Shown here: in pieces, positions 12,678 to 24,295 of the stretch
Layout: the number at the start of each line of letters is the position of its first letter
Numbering within the stretch: position 1 is the first letter of the stretch
Source: Macrostomum lignano
Lineage: Eukaryota
DNA length: 64,000 nucleotides
Direction: 5' to 3'
Assembly (NCBI GenBank): GCA_002269645.1
Contig: NIVC01002771.1
Span: 1-64,000 of the forward strand
Position numbers and translations under genes: made by a program
Notes under the pieces: generated by a model
What the model was told of the DNA's origin: nothing
Databases searched by the model: none
Seen by the model: the letters and a program-made list of their open reading frames with translations, nothing else

Positions 12678-13201
12678 ATGGAGTAATTTTGGTCTTTGTG
12701 ATCCAATCAGCTTTTCGACAATTGGTTTAAGTGAAATTTGTTAATGATTAGAGCCGAGGGTTCTATATAACCCTTGACTTAGCTACATGGATGTTGAGAG
12801 TAAACCCGGAAGCGACTATTTCAAAGCATAATAACAAAGTCATGTAATCTTTTTAAATAAGTAGCCATTTTTGTTTGTTGATTTAAAAAAATATATTAAT
12901 TGCTTTGTTTTAGGCTGCAGTTTTTACCGCAATACCCCGTTGGATCTAGCTAATTGACAGCTATTAAACACTGTACTGACAAAAGTCTGCCACAAAAAGT
13001 CACTAGATAATAAATAATAGCTCGTACTTATTTTTCTATAGAACTCACTAATGCAAATTATGCAGGAAATCATCCATACCCAATCAAAGCTGAAGATTCC
13101 ACATCGTGCCTTGCTTATGCGATCCTAATATTAAATATTTTTTGTTTTCACCAGACTGAAGACAAACTACGAGCAATGCGAATAATAAAATAATTCTGTT
13201 A

Positions 13202-13657
13202 TCAAGCCAAGTATTCTTTGCGCTGCGAACCCGTTTCAACGTTCCACACTGGCGGCTGCGACTGCAGTGCGGGTGCAGTCGTACCGCTCACCGGCCTGTA
13301 GATCGGCTGGTTACCCCGACGGTTAATCAGCGGATTGCCGCTCTGCTCGCGTCGCTGGCGCTCCTCCTTGGCCCTGTGCTGGCGGTGCCGCCGGACCAGA
13401 AAGAAAATCACTACGCACAGTATAATAATAGCGATGACAACCACCAGTGGTATGACAACAACCATCTTGAGGTCAGCTGCGCCTAGAAAGTCCGGCGTAT
13501 CGCAGATGTCATTCTTCCAGCCCTCCAAGCACTGGCAGTAGAGCTTACCTGGCGGTATCTTTCTGCAATAGCCGCCTTCCAGGCAGTAGCTGTGCAGCTG
13601 GATGCGTAGCCTCTCACGCTCTTCCGCCGTGCAGTTGGTAACGCCATAGTCTGACAT
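13202..13657 (-). CDS. Single-EGF-domain transmembrane protein (EGF-ligand-like), 151 aa, no signal peptide
   Basis: C9-x15-C25-x5-C31-x9-C41-x-C43-x8-C52, TM segment MVVVIPLVVVIAIIILCVVIFFLV followed by RRHR. GCC-ATG start context; an in-frame TGA lies between the upstream TTCTAG acceptor and the ATG. Confidence 0.88.
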   Translation of the reverse strand: MSDYGVTNCTAEERERLRIQLHSYCLEGGYCRKIPPGKLYCQCLEGWKNDICDTPDFLGAADLKMVVVIPLVVVIAIIILCVVIFFLVRRHRQHRAKEERQRREQSGNPLINRRGNQPIYRPVSGTTAPALQSQPPVWNVETGSQRKEYLA

Positions 13658-14768
13658 GGCCAGTCTTCAGCGCTAGAAGATCACTAATCTGGTTTTAGAG
13701 GCCTGCTTACAGACTGCGGCGGTTTTTACGCGCTTTTTTTCTGAGTAAGCTCTGTCCCTTATACTTAATTGAGTATAAGAAGCAGATTGTTGCCAGACTG
13801 CTGTGCTATTAGTGTTGAGAACACCAAATGAGGAGAGGGCTTCGCCGATAAAGGCCTCGCTTTGTGCGCAGTCGTTTGGAATGCCCGCTCTGTATGTACA
13901 TTTGCTAACAATGTTCACTTCTCTCCCTCCTCTCCCCCACTCCTGCCCAGCCGGACTGGACATAGCCCTCTCTAGTGGGGTGGGTTGGAGCAGGAATGTG
14001 AAACACTTCTTGCGGGAATGGAGAGGGAAAGGAACGGAAAGCCGCGCCCACCACCCCAGATTCCTCCTCCTTCTAATGCTTGTGGCGAGACCAAACAAGA
14101 GTGGGTGGGTGGGGTGCATTCCGCATTGTGTGGGCTGTTTTGAGCTTGTATGGACCTATTTGGCAATTTTTATTTAATTTATTAGCAAGAAAAATGCTCA
14201 TTATACTTATAGATTACAGTAATCCTACAGCAATCACAGCATAAATGACCGTTTTACTTTTGTAAATGCATGCGACACAATGTATTGTGTCGACGGCGAG
14301 CTTGAAATCTGTTGTGTGTGTCCATAATCGGCACAAGTCCAAGATCTTACACACATGAAACAATTTACAGGTATTGCATAGATTTTATAAAAGAGTGCTT
14401 GACTCTTCAATTATAAGCGTTAGGATTTTGCAGTGGTACGAGCGATAGATTTCAAAATTTTCTGCAAAAAATGTTTTTCGCCTACTGTTAATAGTATCGC
14501 TTAAGTTACAGATAAAGTCACTCAGACAGCACTCAGAAAAATCAAATCAAATCAGACCTAAAAAAAGGTAAGATCATTATTAATTAGTCTAATAATATCC
14601 AAACACAGAGAATTACTTTATAAACCAGTTCATACACCATTAACGCATTAAAAACGTTTATTTAAAGAGATTATTTAGAAATTTCACGATTTTACGAAAA
14701 CAAGGTTTTCATTCAGAAAGGTAACGGTAGTTCTTTATTTGGAGCTGAAAGAATAACCTTAGTATTCC

Positions 14769-14982
14769 AAGATCATACTTTTAGGGATCATTTCTACAGT
14801 ATGTATCGCCAGGACGTCAACCAAAATTGACCCTGGACCCAAACCCGCGAGGACGAGTTCTAGCCTGCCTTTCTGAGCGCGAAGCGGGTTGCAGCTGGCA
14901 GCGAAGTCTGCCTCGGCTGCGACTATTGATGACCGCTTTTCACCCTCTCGGGTGGAAAGGGAAGGCAGGCAAGCTGAGCGGT
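14769..14982 (+). ncRNA. U3: U3 snoRNA
   Basis: 5' AAGATCATACTTTTAGGGATCATTTCTACAG (boxes A'/A), box C' (GAGGACGA), box B (CTGAGCGCGAAGC), box C (TTGATGA), a CTTTTCACCC/GGGTGGAAAG hairpin, a GCCTGCCTT/AAGGCAGGC stem and terminal box D CTGAGCGGT. The length of 214 nt matches metazoan U3. Confidence 0.95.
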
Positions 14983-16472
14983 TTTTCAGAAACGAAAGAT
15001 ATATAGTTATACCTAATCAATAGTTTCCGCAAATAAGTTGTTGCAGTTAAGCAAGAGCGGGTAAAAATGAAAAGTAGATATTTTTATTATTAAGTAGATA
15101 AATTTAGATATTTCCTCTCATCCATAGATCAGCTAAGTGCAACGAAAAGGTTCACATTACCACACGTCAAAGATTAATGCTAGACCAAAGTTGGTTCAGA
15201 ACCATTTTAAAATTTAAGCAAGACGAGTTCGTATACAAAAACAAATAGGCAATAAACAATATAACGCGATAACTTCATCTCGATTTTGCTCCCACAAGGT
15301 TATTTAGCTTTTGCTGTTTTTAGCGAGTTTTTGGGTGCCAGTAAAAGCTTCGTTACGACGGAACTCAAGCATAGATTATGAGCAAATATTTCTCTAATCT
15401 TTCTTTGAATACCTGTTCCAGTATCAATTCAAACAGTTCGTTGACTCTGATCAAGTCGCTTAAAATTGCCAGAGAAACGAGGACATGAGGTTGATGGGAA
15501 CATTCGAAAAAGCGAGTTATTTTTGAGCCTACCACTGTATACACGCCTAATGCTTATACAGAGTGCCTCCTTGATACCGAATATGGCTCTATTTGACTCA
15601 ATAAAGTCAAGCCGATGCAGTTTCTGGGAGAAATAAATCGATTCATGTGATTTAAATCTCTTCTTCACACTGCAGAAAAACAAAATTCTATGAATAGTAA
15701 CTTTTAGCAAAGCGAGCAGCCTGTCTTTCACAGATTAATGGAATTGCAAATTGAAGAGTGTATTAAAATTTTAGTGTTGCTTTCAGAGTGGCAGCAGAAA
15801 TTTGGCAATAAACTCCGATGAGTCGAAAATAGAGCTCATAAGCAATGTGAATAGCGCTTTCAATTTTCCCGATGGATTCCATATTTGGCTTCTCATATTC
15901 TCGACGTTGTCCTTGGGAGATTACTCGAACAGCAGTGCAGGTCTGTCTTGCCAAGTGCATGCCAGATAAGGCCTATAATCTGGGCTTTTAACCTTGGCTC
16001 TGCAGTAATATTGGGTTCTATGCTGAGCAAACTGTTCTATACGGAAACTAAGAGAGCGGCGCCTCGTAGTCACGCTTCTGAAAATCCTCTTGGCCGCCGC
16101 TGCGCCTTCCTTATCAAGTTGTCATCCCTGCAACCTGCCTTGGCGAGGGGGGGGGGCTATTTTTGTGCCTTGTTTTATTTAGCTTTGCCTGTTGTACGGC
16201 TGATCTGCTTATACATGTAGTGGAGAAGTGTTGGCTCGGACTCAACTCAGAATCAACGGGATCGAGAGTTACCTCAGTCAAGGTGGAGTAAATTGCATAA
16301 TCTACCCCTAACCCTCTCAAAAGTGGCGACCACAGACGGAATCTTCTGTGATAGCGACTTTTCGATGTTGCTGAGCATAGCTTACATACTCGAAGGCCAT
16401 GCGTTTATGTGATCTGATTGAGTTGACTGTACAGCACTATGCTCTCAAATTCAATGTTTGTTCCTGCAACTC

Positions 16473-17372
16473 GGGGGGGGCATCACAAACCCAAAAACTC
16501 ACAACTCCGAAAAGCGCTTTCCATCATAAACCCCTAAATATCATAAACCCGAAATATCACAAACCCGAAATATCACAAACCCGAAATATCACAAACCCGA
16601 AATATCACAAACCCGAAATATCACAAACCCGAAATATCATAAACCCGAAATATCATAGGTCCGAAAACCAAAATAGCAGCGCCCATCACAAACGGGTTTC
16701 GACGACTTATGATATTTCGGGTTTATGATATTTCGGGTTCGTGATATTTCGGGTTTAAGATGGGCGCTGCTATTTTGGTTTTCGGACTTATGATATTTCG
16801 GGTTTATGATATTTCGGGTTTGTGATTTTTCGGGTTTGTGATATTTCGGGTTTGTGATATTTCGGGTTTGTGATATTTCGGGTTTGTGATATTTCGGGTT
16901 CGTGATATTTCGGGTTTGTGATGGACGCTGCTATTTTGGTTTTCGGACTTATGATATTTCGGGTTTATGATATTTCGGGTTTATGATATTTCGGGTTTGT
17001 GATTTTTCGGGTTTGTGATATTTCGGGTTTGTGATATTTCGGGTTTATGATTTTTCGGGTTTGTGATATTTCGGGTTTGTGATATTTCGGGTTCGTGATA
17101 TTTCGGGTTTGGGATGGACGCTGCTATTTTGGTTTTCGGACTTATGATATTTCGGGTTTATGATATTTCGGGTTTGTGATATTTCGGGTTTGTGAAATTT
17201 CGGGTTTGTGATGGGCGCTGCTATTTTGGTTTTCGGACTTATGATATTTCGGGTTTATGATATTTCGGGTTTGTGATATTTCGGGTTTTTGATATTTCGG
17301 GTTTGTGATATTTCGGTTTTATGATGGAAAGTGCTTTCGGAGTGTGACTTTTCGGGTTTATGACGGCGACCC
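16473..17372. mobile_element. Non-autonomous Mutator-like/foldback DNA transposon with tandem-repeat TIRs and a 9-bp TSD
   Basis: CTGCAACTC is duplicated at 16464-16472 and 17373-17381. Termini are GGG...CCC. The left arm consists of (TCACAAACCCGAAATA) units and the right arm of their reverse complement, sharing a unique GGAAAG(T/C)GCTTT(T)CGGAG block. Confidence 0.88.
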
Positions 17373-18204
17373 CTGCAACTCTATATTCTAATTGAGCAAT
17401 ATTTTATAGAAGAAATCCTCACATGATAGTTTCGTTTATCAACTTGTCGAATTAAAAAGAGCCATAAATCTTCGTCATTAGTATGATCTGTATGTATTGC
17501 TCACAATGTAAAAAGAAATTTTGGTTACAGAAATCTGTCATGCTGTTTACTGGCCATTGAACTCGTCCGACTCGTCTCGTCCGGTGGGCGAACTTTTTCT
17601 TAGCATCATGCCCATTAAAATGCTCTCTGGCCTCTGTGGAGAGGCAGCCAACAGAGATGGTTAAAGAGATTCTCAGTCTTGCATTCCATTAGGCATCAAT
17701 ATTGCATCAGTCCACATGTATAGAGGCTAAAATGTACAGTTAGAGCAGCTCATCATAGCAGTTCTCTGCTTTGTAGTTCACTCAGACCCACACGTTTGGA
17801 TACATGATGCCTCGATTTCATACTCGAACCAGAAGCTGAATGTCGAGCTAAAAATAAAAGCAGAGTTGGCATTTCTGGTTCTGTCGAACGTCGATCGCAG
17901 TTAAGCCGACTTGCTCGTATAAGGGAATACATTGTATAAGTTACTGTTTCAGGAGGATCTTCATGTGACTTAGCAGGCGAAAATAACTCTTAAGTCTTGG
18001 CCCGACACCAGGAGGGGGACCGCTAGTGACGGACTCTTCCCAGCGTTCTAGCTCAAGGGCGCGGTGAAAACCTACGTGTTAGGCGTTATAGGGTACGAGA
18101 AGGATCTTCAGTTGCCTTCACTAGTAAGCAGCCGTCAACAGATTTCAAGTGTAAATTCAACAATAAACATAAGACAGGAATATTGTGAGAAAGACTCTTC
18201 GCAG

Positions 18205-19090
<886 letters not shown>

Positions 19091-20478
19091 CTCATAATCG
19101 TCAAAGTATGATGAGCCTTGACATCTTCTCAATTATTTTGCCATCGTTACATGTCTTGGCTAAAATACAGAGCTAAAAATATACACGTGAGGAAGTCAAG
19201 AAAATTTTATTTCTAAGATAGCTCGTACTCGTATCTCTTATAATCCTCTACTAGCTATTCAATTGCTGAGTTGAAGCAGTGCACAGTTGCTAAGGATTTT
19301 TCCGGTAAACAGCTCAAATAAATTAAAAACAGTTAAATGTAGAAGCAACCTAAACAAGCTCTTGTAACGACTCTGATTATCAATAAAACAAGCGTTCCCG
19401 AAAATAGCCGGCTTTTCAACAGCAGCTTTTTAATTGCTGCTTTCATAATTGATTGATTAGAGATAAAACCATTTTGAACGATAAAAGCCAACCTAGGAAA
19501 TTTTTTGTTTTAATAGAGTGAAATGAGCAGTTTTCCATTTTTTCAGGGTGAAATCGGCCGAACTGCTGTCCCAATAGTTATCCAACTTCAAAGCTGCTTA
19601 AAGAGAAATTTCCCAGCAAGAGGCAGAGTCGTTCTCTGATAATACCCGAAGGATTATGTCAGTCCAAATCGATAATCGAATTGAATTATTTAAAAATCTT
19701 TTGTTTTGATCAAGCCAGATGTTACGTGGGCGGATCAGCCCACGCAACTGTGCTTGCAGCGTTGCCAATGCACTCTCCGAGAACTGTTCTCACTCTGGCC
19801 TGCAGCAACTGAGTTTCATTTAATGAATTTCATTCATCTGGCCATGAGAGAAGATGGAAACAGAATCTCCATTTAAAGCCAGTCAGTCAGTCAGATGGAC
19901 AATAAAAAGTCGGATCAACGGCGGCAATTTGTATCTGACTGCCGATCTCGGGCGACGGCATTTTGACCATCCCATCCATCTGCGGACGTAGCTATCTGAT
20001 AAAGTGCAACTTCACCCGCAGCTGCAAAGCTTTTTGACAGCTCTTCAATCGTGTGTTACAAGTTCTCACACGCGAATAGGGACAGAACGGTGTTTATAAC
20101 CAAACATGGTAGAGTATAATTCATGCCAGCTCTTATCTTTCAATTTCGTAAAATCTACCCACGTTCCCAACACCACTGAGCGCTCTTCATCCTGTATCCT
20201 CCAACCTCTCCATTTCTATTCTAATAATGAAAGCCCTCCTACGCTGATAGGAGCCCCTAGCAGCCTTTAAAGCAGAAATCAGAGATGCTCCGAGCCAATC
20301 GGAAGCCTCCGGTCTCCATTCTAACCCCTATTTCTCTGCCTTGGCATAGCCTTGATATTTGGCGTCACCAGAGCTGCACCGGGGTTCGCTTGACTTGACG
20401 GCTTCGCGACAAGGCGGAGGAGAAAATCGCACAGACTTCATAAGCTTCGAACCCCATAGCAACTGCAACCGAGCGCCA

Positions 20479-22325
20479 ATGACCTCAAGTGCTCCGGCGA
20501 GTCTGGCAGCCGTAGCCGGTTGCCTGGTGCTGCTCCTGGCGGCAATCGCCTCGGCGGCATCGGCGGAGTCGCCACTGTGGCAGCCAGCGCGATGGGACAA
20601 CTTTCAGTCCATCGACAGTGAACGAGCCGCTGCAGAGCCGGTGGTGGCCGAACTCCGCTCCGGTGAGCTTGCGCCTACCTGTTGACAAAGATTCAGATTA
20701 CTCGTGGGGATGATGATTGTGCAGATTTGTTGAGACTTGAGCGCATCTGTCAATTATAATTTTACGGCGGCAACCGCTATCTAATAAAGGAACTGGTCTC
20801 AAATTCAGACAAAGAGCGGCGCATCTTTGAAAATACCTTATATGGCATGCGCCTTCACTAAAAAGCGCCCCTCCCTCCTTCTCGAGGTTTGAAGTCACAC
20901 ACGCTGCGCAAATGAAAAATCACAATAATTGCTGCAAAGCATACATAATTGCTAATTTTCTTCTCCTATCTGTTGATAGCTCGGCAACTGAGAAAGCTGG
21001 CCATTGATACAGGCTTACACCGGAAATTGGCTCTACTACCTTGCAATTTTGGCCGCTGCAGAGGTTATAAAAAATACGAGTATGATGCACTTAAATGGCC
21101 TAGCACTAACAATACAAGCGTACCTGTGTGACTTAATTATTCATTTCTACGAGCTACGAGCTACGATTTGCATTTTAAGGCAAATAATCAGTAATTGAGT
21201 ACTCGTATCCCACAAATCATTCACGAGTCTGTTGGCAGTCCGTTTGAAAGCATTCTATGTACTACAGTTGAAGGATTATGAGCTCGTAAGCCAATTAGAG
21301 AGATTAAAAATTGAGCTTAAGCGCACCAGCAAAGCATGCCGTATTCATAGCATGCAGAGCACCTTTTATATGCTTGGCATGATGGGCCTTGGTCTCAGCG
21401 CATCTGTACTGAAGCATCAATACTCGACTATTCAACTGCCTCTGCTGCACAGCCTTCAAAAATAGGCATTAATTGGGCTTACAATTGGCAGAGTACGGTG
21501 GCATGGAAATCGCATTCCTTTTATGGTATTCGGCAGGTCTAGTCTGCAATGACGCGTGCTCCGTCATGCTGACGCAGGCGCAGAAATGAAAGCATTTCTT
21601 TAAAAATTCAATTTTAATTTAAGATTAGACGCTAATGTGAATTTCATTCAGGATATCTTAGCGTTTTGTTTGAGACGTTCTTCGCTGAACAGCTACTGAA
21701 TAATTCTACGTATTTTATTGATTGAATGAGACGCGTTCGTCGAATTAAAGCGTGTTTTTCCATTGCTGAGGAGACAAATTTAACATTGTTTCCCTTTCTC
21801 TCGATTGCTAACTCATACAATGGGGCATTTAATAAACTTAATTTGTTTCTCTATTCAGCTTCTTTTTAATTACCAGAGTGGGAATAAAATCGTTGGGCGT
21901 AACAAACCAATGCCGTTAACCAAGTCAACTGATGCTTGAGATAAGTGCTCAATTTTGGAAATCACAGTTTATTTGGTTGGTGGCATAGCTGGTTGAGGTC
22001 ACCTGCTGCTCTCTATTGCCAAAGCCAGTAGCGCTGCTCAAGACTCAATCCCATGCTACCGTGCGAATTCGAACCCGCAGAGCGCCGCTCCGGCCACTGG
22101 CCGTTCCCGATGAGGCTCCGTCGGGTGGCCCAGGCGACCAGGCTGCGCAGACTCGCTGCTGAGCTGCGCGCCGCCATCGACGCCGCCGACACCATTGACG
22201 AAGACGCCGAAGCAGACGTCGAGGAGCCTGCCGCTGGCGGACCGAGGATCGACCAGCCCGGCAGCTACCGCAGGCGGCTCAGCAAGCGCTGCCGGATCGG
22301 CAGGCTGTCCTGCCCCATCGGCTGA
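20479..22325 (+). CDS. Neuropeptide precursor, 142 aa, join(20479..20662,22081..22325), with C-terminal cyclic peptide CRIGRLSCPIG
   Basis: Signal peptide MTSSAPASLAAVAGCLVLLLAAIASAASA. The phase-1 intron GTGAG (20663) to CCCGCAG (22080) restores a continuous frame (429 nt). Multiple RR sites, an acidic spacer and an RRRLSKR site precede a C-x6-C peptide followed by the stop codon. Confidence 0.85.
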
Positions 22326-23344
22326 AGCCTGCGCTGGTCAAAATGTTCGAAATACGCAAAGAGTTGAACTGCAACTGGGAAATAAACAGCCATAGAATAT
22401 TCTCTCGCATATACAGTGCATTCGCGACCAATCCTAAGTTCCAAAATTAATCCATGGTCTACTCAGAAAAATTGTTTGGCCCGCCATTGCCGCCCACCTG
22501 GAGAACTTTGAGACTGAAATAAAACACGAGACTAAGCGATGAACAGTCCCGCTGCTATTCATGCATATCCGCGCTTAACCACCTCGCAGTTTATTCGTTT
22601 CTTTTACACTGGCGTTGCCGCATCGCTGGTGAACTTTTTCGGCTGTTGGTGCCGTCGTTAGAAAAACAAAATCCGCCTACATTTTCCCTGTGGGATAAGA
22701 TCGGCTTTAATCCGATTTTAATCGCCCTTTATTGCTTGGCGGATTAGGAAAAACTGTCAATTCAATTGGAATCGAGTCCCTGTTGAGGCATGCGGCTTTA
22801 AGTATTAATAATATTCGGCGCAAGGCTTGAGAAGTGAAATTCTCGCTGCTAAAATTTGGGCCCGAAGTGGAGCAAAACGTTGGCCAAACAAATCGCTGAG
22901 ACAACACAGGTGACCCCCAGTCTAACCGCATGTGCAGGCAGAGTATAGCCTAAGCTATCTTATCAATGAGCCCCTCCCTTTTCGATTGTACTTTATGCCA
23001 GCTCGCAAACTTGCGGCTCATTGTGGCTGCTTTTGGTTGTTCAAAAAAGCAAGCGGTGTTTCATCGCAGAATTTTCCAGTACATGATAAAATATTTTCTC
23101 TCAGCGACCTTGAATCTCTGTTTCATGGTTGGTCTGAGTCAGCTTTAGGCACACGTTTATCTTTTATTGCCAAAGCAAGGAAAAATTCGACTGCTAACTC
23201 TGACTCTGTTGTCATGGCAACGGATAACGATTTTTGAATCTGTTTATCTGGCGGTATTTACAGTATTTAAATCAAAGCATTAGAAATTAGTGGCCTGATC
23301 AAACCCCCTGCTGACAGCCTACCATTTAAGTTCTCGCTGCAACC

Positions 23345-24295
23345 ATGGCCTTGAGCTTTGCTCAGTTCGGACTTGTCCTGCTCTTTGTGGCCTCAGGCAG
23401 TGCTCAACTGGTTGAATTCTGCCCATTGCTGGGAGGCGTTAACTCGATCAATTGGAATGTCAACCAGGATGAAACCCTCGAAATTAACACTCTGCTGAGA
23501 GGAGTAAACAATTATGGGCCCAGCATGGACTGCACCTTTTCTATCGAGGCCAACGCCCCAGGTAGAATCATCGTCCGGGTGATTGAGAGCAACCTGCAGT
23601 ATTATGCGGCCTCCATAAGCATCCGCACGTACGCTCTTGGCGGCTATCTAGCAAGTTGGAGCCAGCTTACCTACGACAAGGATAGGGATGACAACTTCAT
23701 AGGCCTGACCAACAAGCTTTACATCAACTTTAATAGCCGCAGTTCGCCGCCTGGGAATGCCGCTGGCGTGCGCCTTTTGCTGACCTTCATGCGCGCAAAC
23801 GGCTGCCCACCGCGCTGGACCCCAATGACGCTGGACGGCCGATCGCAGTGCGTCGGCGTTCCCACGCAAAATGTCTACAAGTTCGGAGCAGCTCAGCGCT
23901 ACTGCAACCTTCAGCGCTCCAATTTGCTAATATCTGAGCGCGACAACATCGCCACAGTTCTTCAACGGGCCAACGCTGCCAATGTCTGGATCGGTATGAC
24001 GGCGGAACCTAGCGGCTCTTACTCAACGTACCGTTGGATTAACAACATCCGCGTGGCAGCCAATCATAACGTCAGCTGCACCGGCGGTTGCCGACCGGGC
24101 AGCACCACGCACCGGTGCGTGTACGCCAGGGACCCGCGCTCGCTGATCCAGATCGAGTGCGGCCAGTCGATCCGGCCCGCCTGCTTCATGCCGGTGGGCG
24201 GCACCGACACTTTCTATGCCGGCTCGGCCGCCGTCAGAGCCAGCGACGCCCTGCTGGCTGGCGCGGTGCTTCTTCTCTGGGGTCTTCTGAACTAG
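23345..24295 (+). CDS. CUB + C-type-lectin-like domain protein with signal peptide and probable GPI anchor, 316 aa, intronless
   Basis: N-terminal hydrophobic signal; CUB-like NYGPSMDCTFSI...IVRV...LYINF; CTLD-like CPPRW...C...AQRYC...VWIG...YRW...C...C...C; small-residue omega region (AGSAA) and hydrophobic C-terminus ALLAGAVLLLWGLLN; AATAAA at about 24343. Confidence 0.85.
   Translation: MALSFAQFGLVLLFVASGSAQLVEFCPLLGGVNSINWNVNQDETLEINTLLRGVNNYGPSMDCTFSIEANAPGRIIVRVIESNLQYYAASISIRTYALGGYLASWSQLTYDKDRDDNFIGLTNKLYINFNSRSSPPGNAAGVRLLLTFMRANGCPPRWTPMTLDGRSQCVGVPTQNVYKFGAAQRYCNLQRSNLLISERDNIATVLQRANAANVWIGMTAEPSGSYSTYRWINNIRVAANHNVSCTGGCRPGSTTHRCVYARDPRSLIQIECGQSIRPACFMPVGGTDTFYAGSAAVRASDALLAGAVLLLWGLLN

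Noticed and set aside
14982-14986. T5 run suggesting Pol III transcription of U3
   Set aside because: U-rich 3' extensions are normal for Pol II-made U3 precursors and I see no clear TATA box, so the evidence is insufficient.
15817-15845. SDESKIEL motif resembling a Tc1 DDE first aspartate
   Set aside because: The flanking sequence shows no other Tc1 motifs, so it is probably chance.
17680-17810. Possible hAT dimerisation-domain relic (YPNV...SIHVD) on the minus strand
   Set aside because: The motifs are too short and the central ERSFS motif is missing.
20359-20478. N-terminal extension of the neuropeptide ORF from the TTG start
   Set aside because: Non-ATG start; the signal peptide begins at the ATG at 20479.
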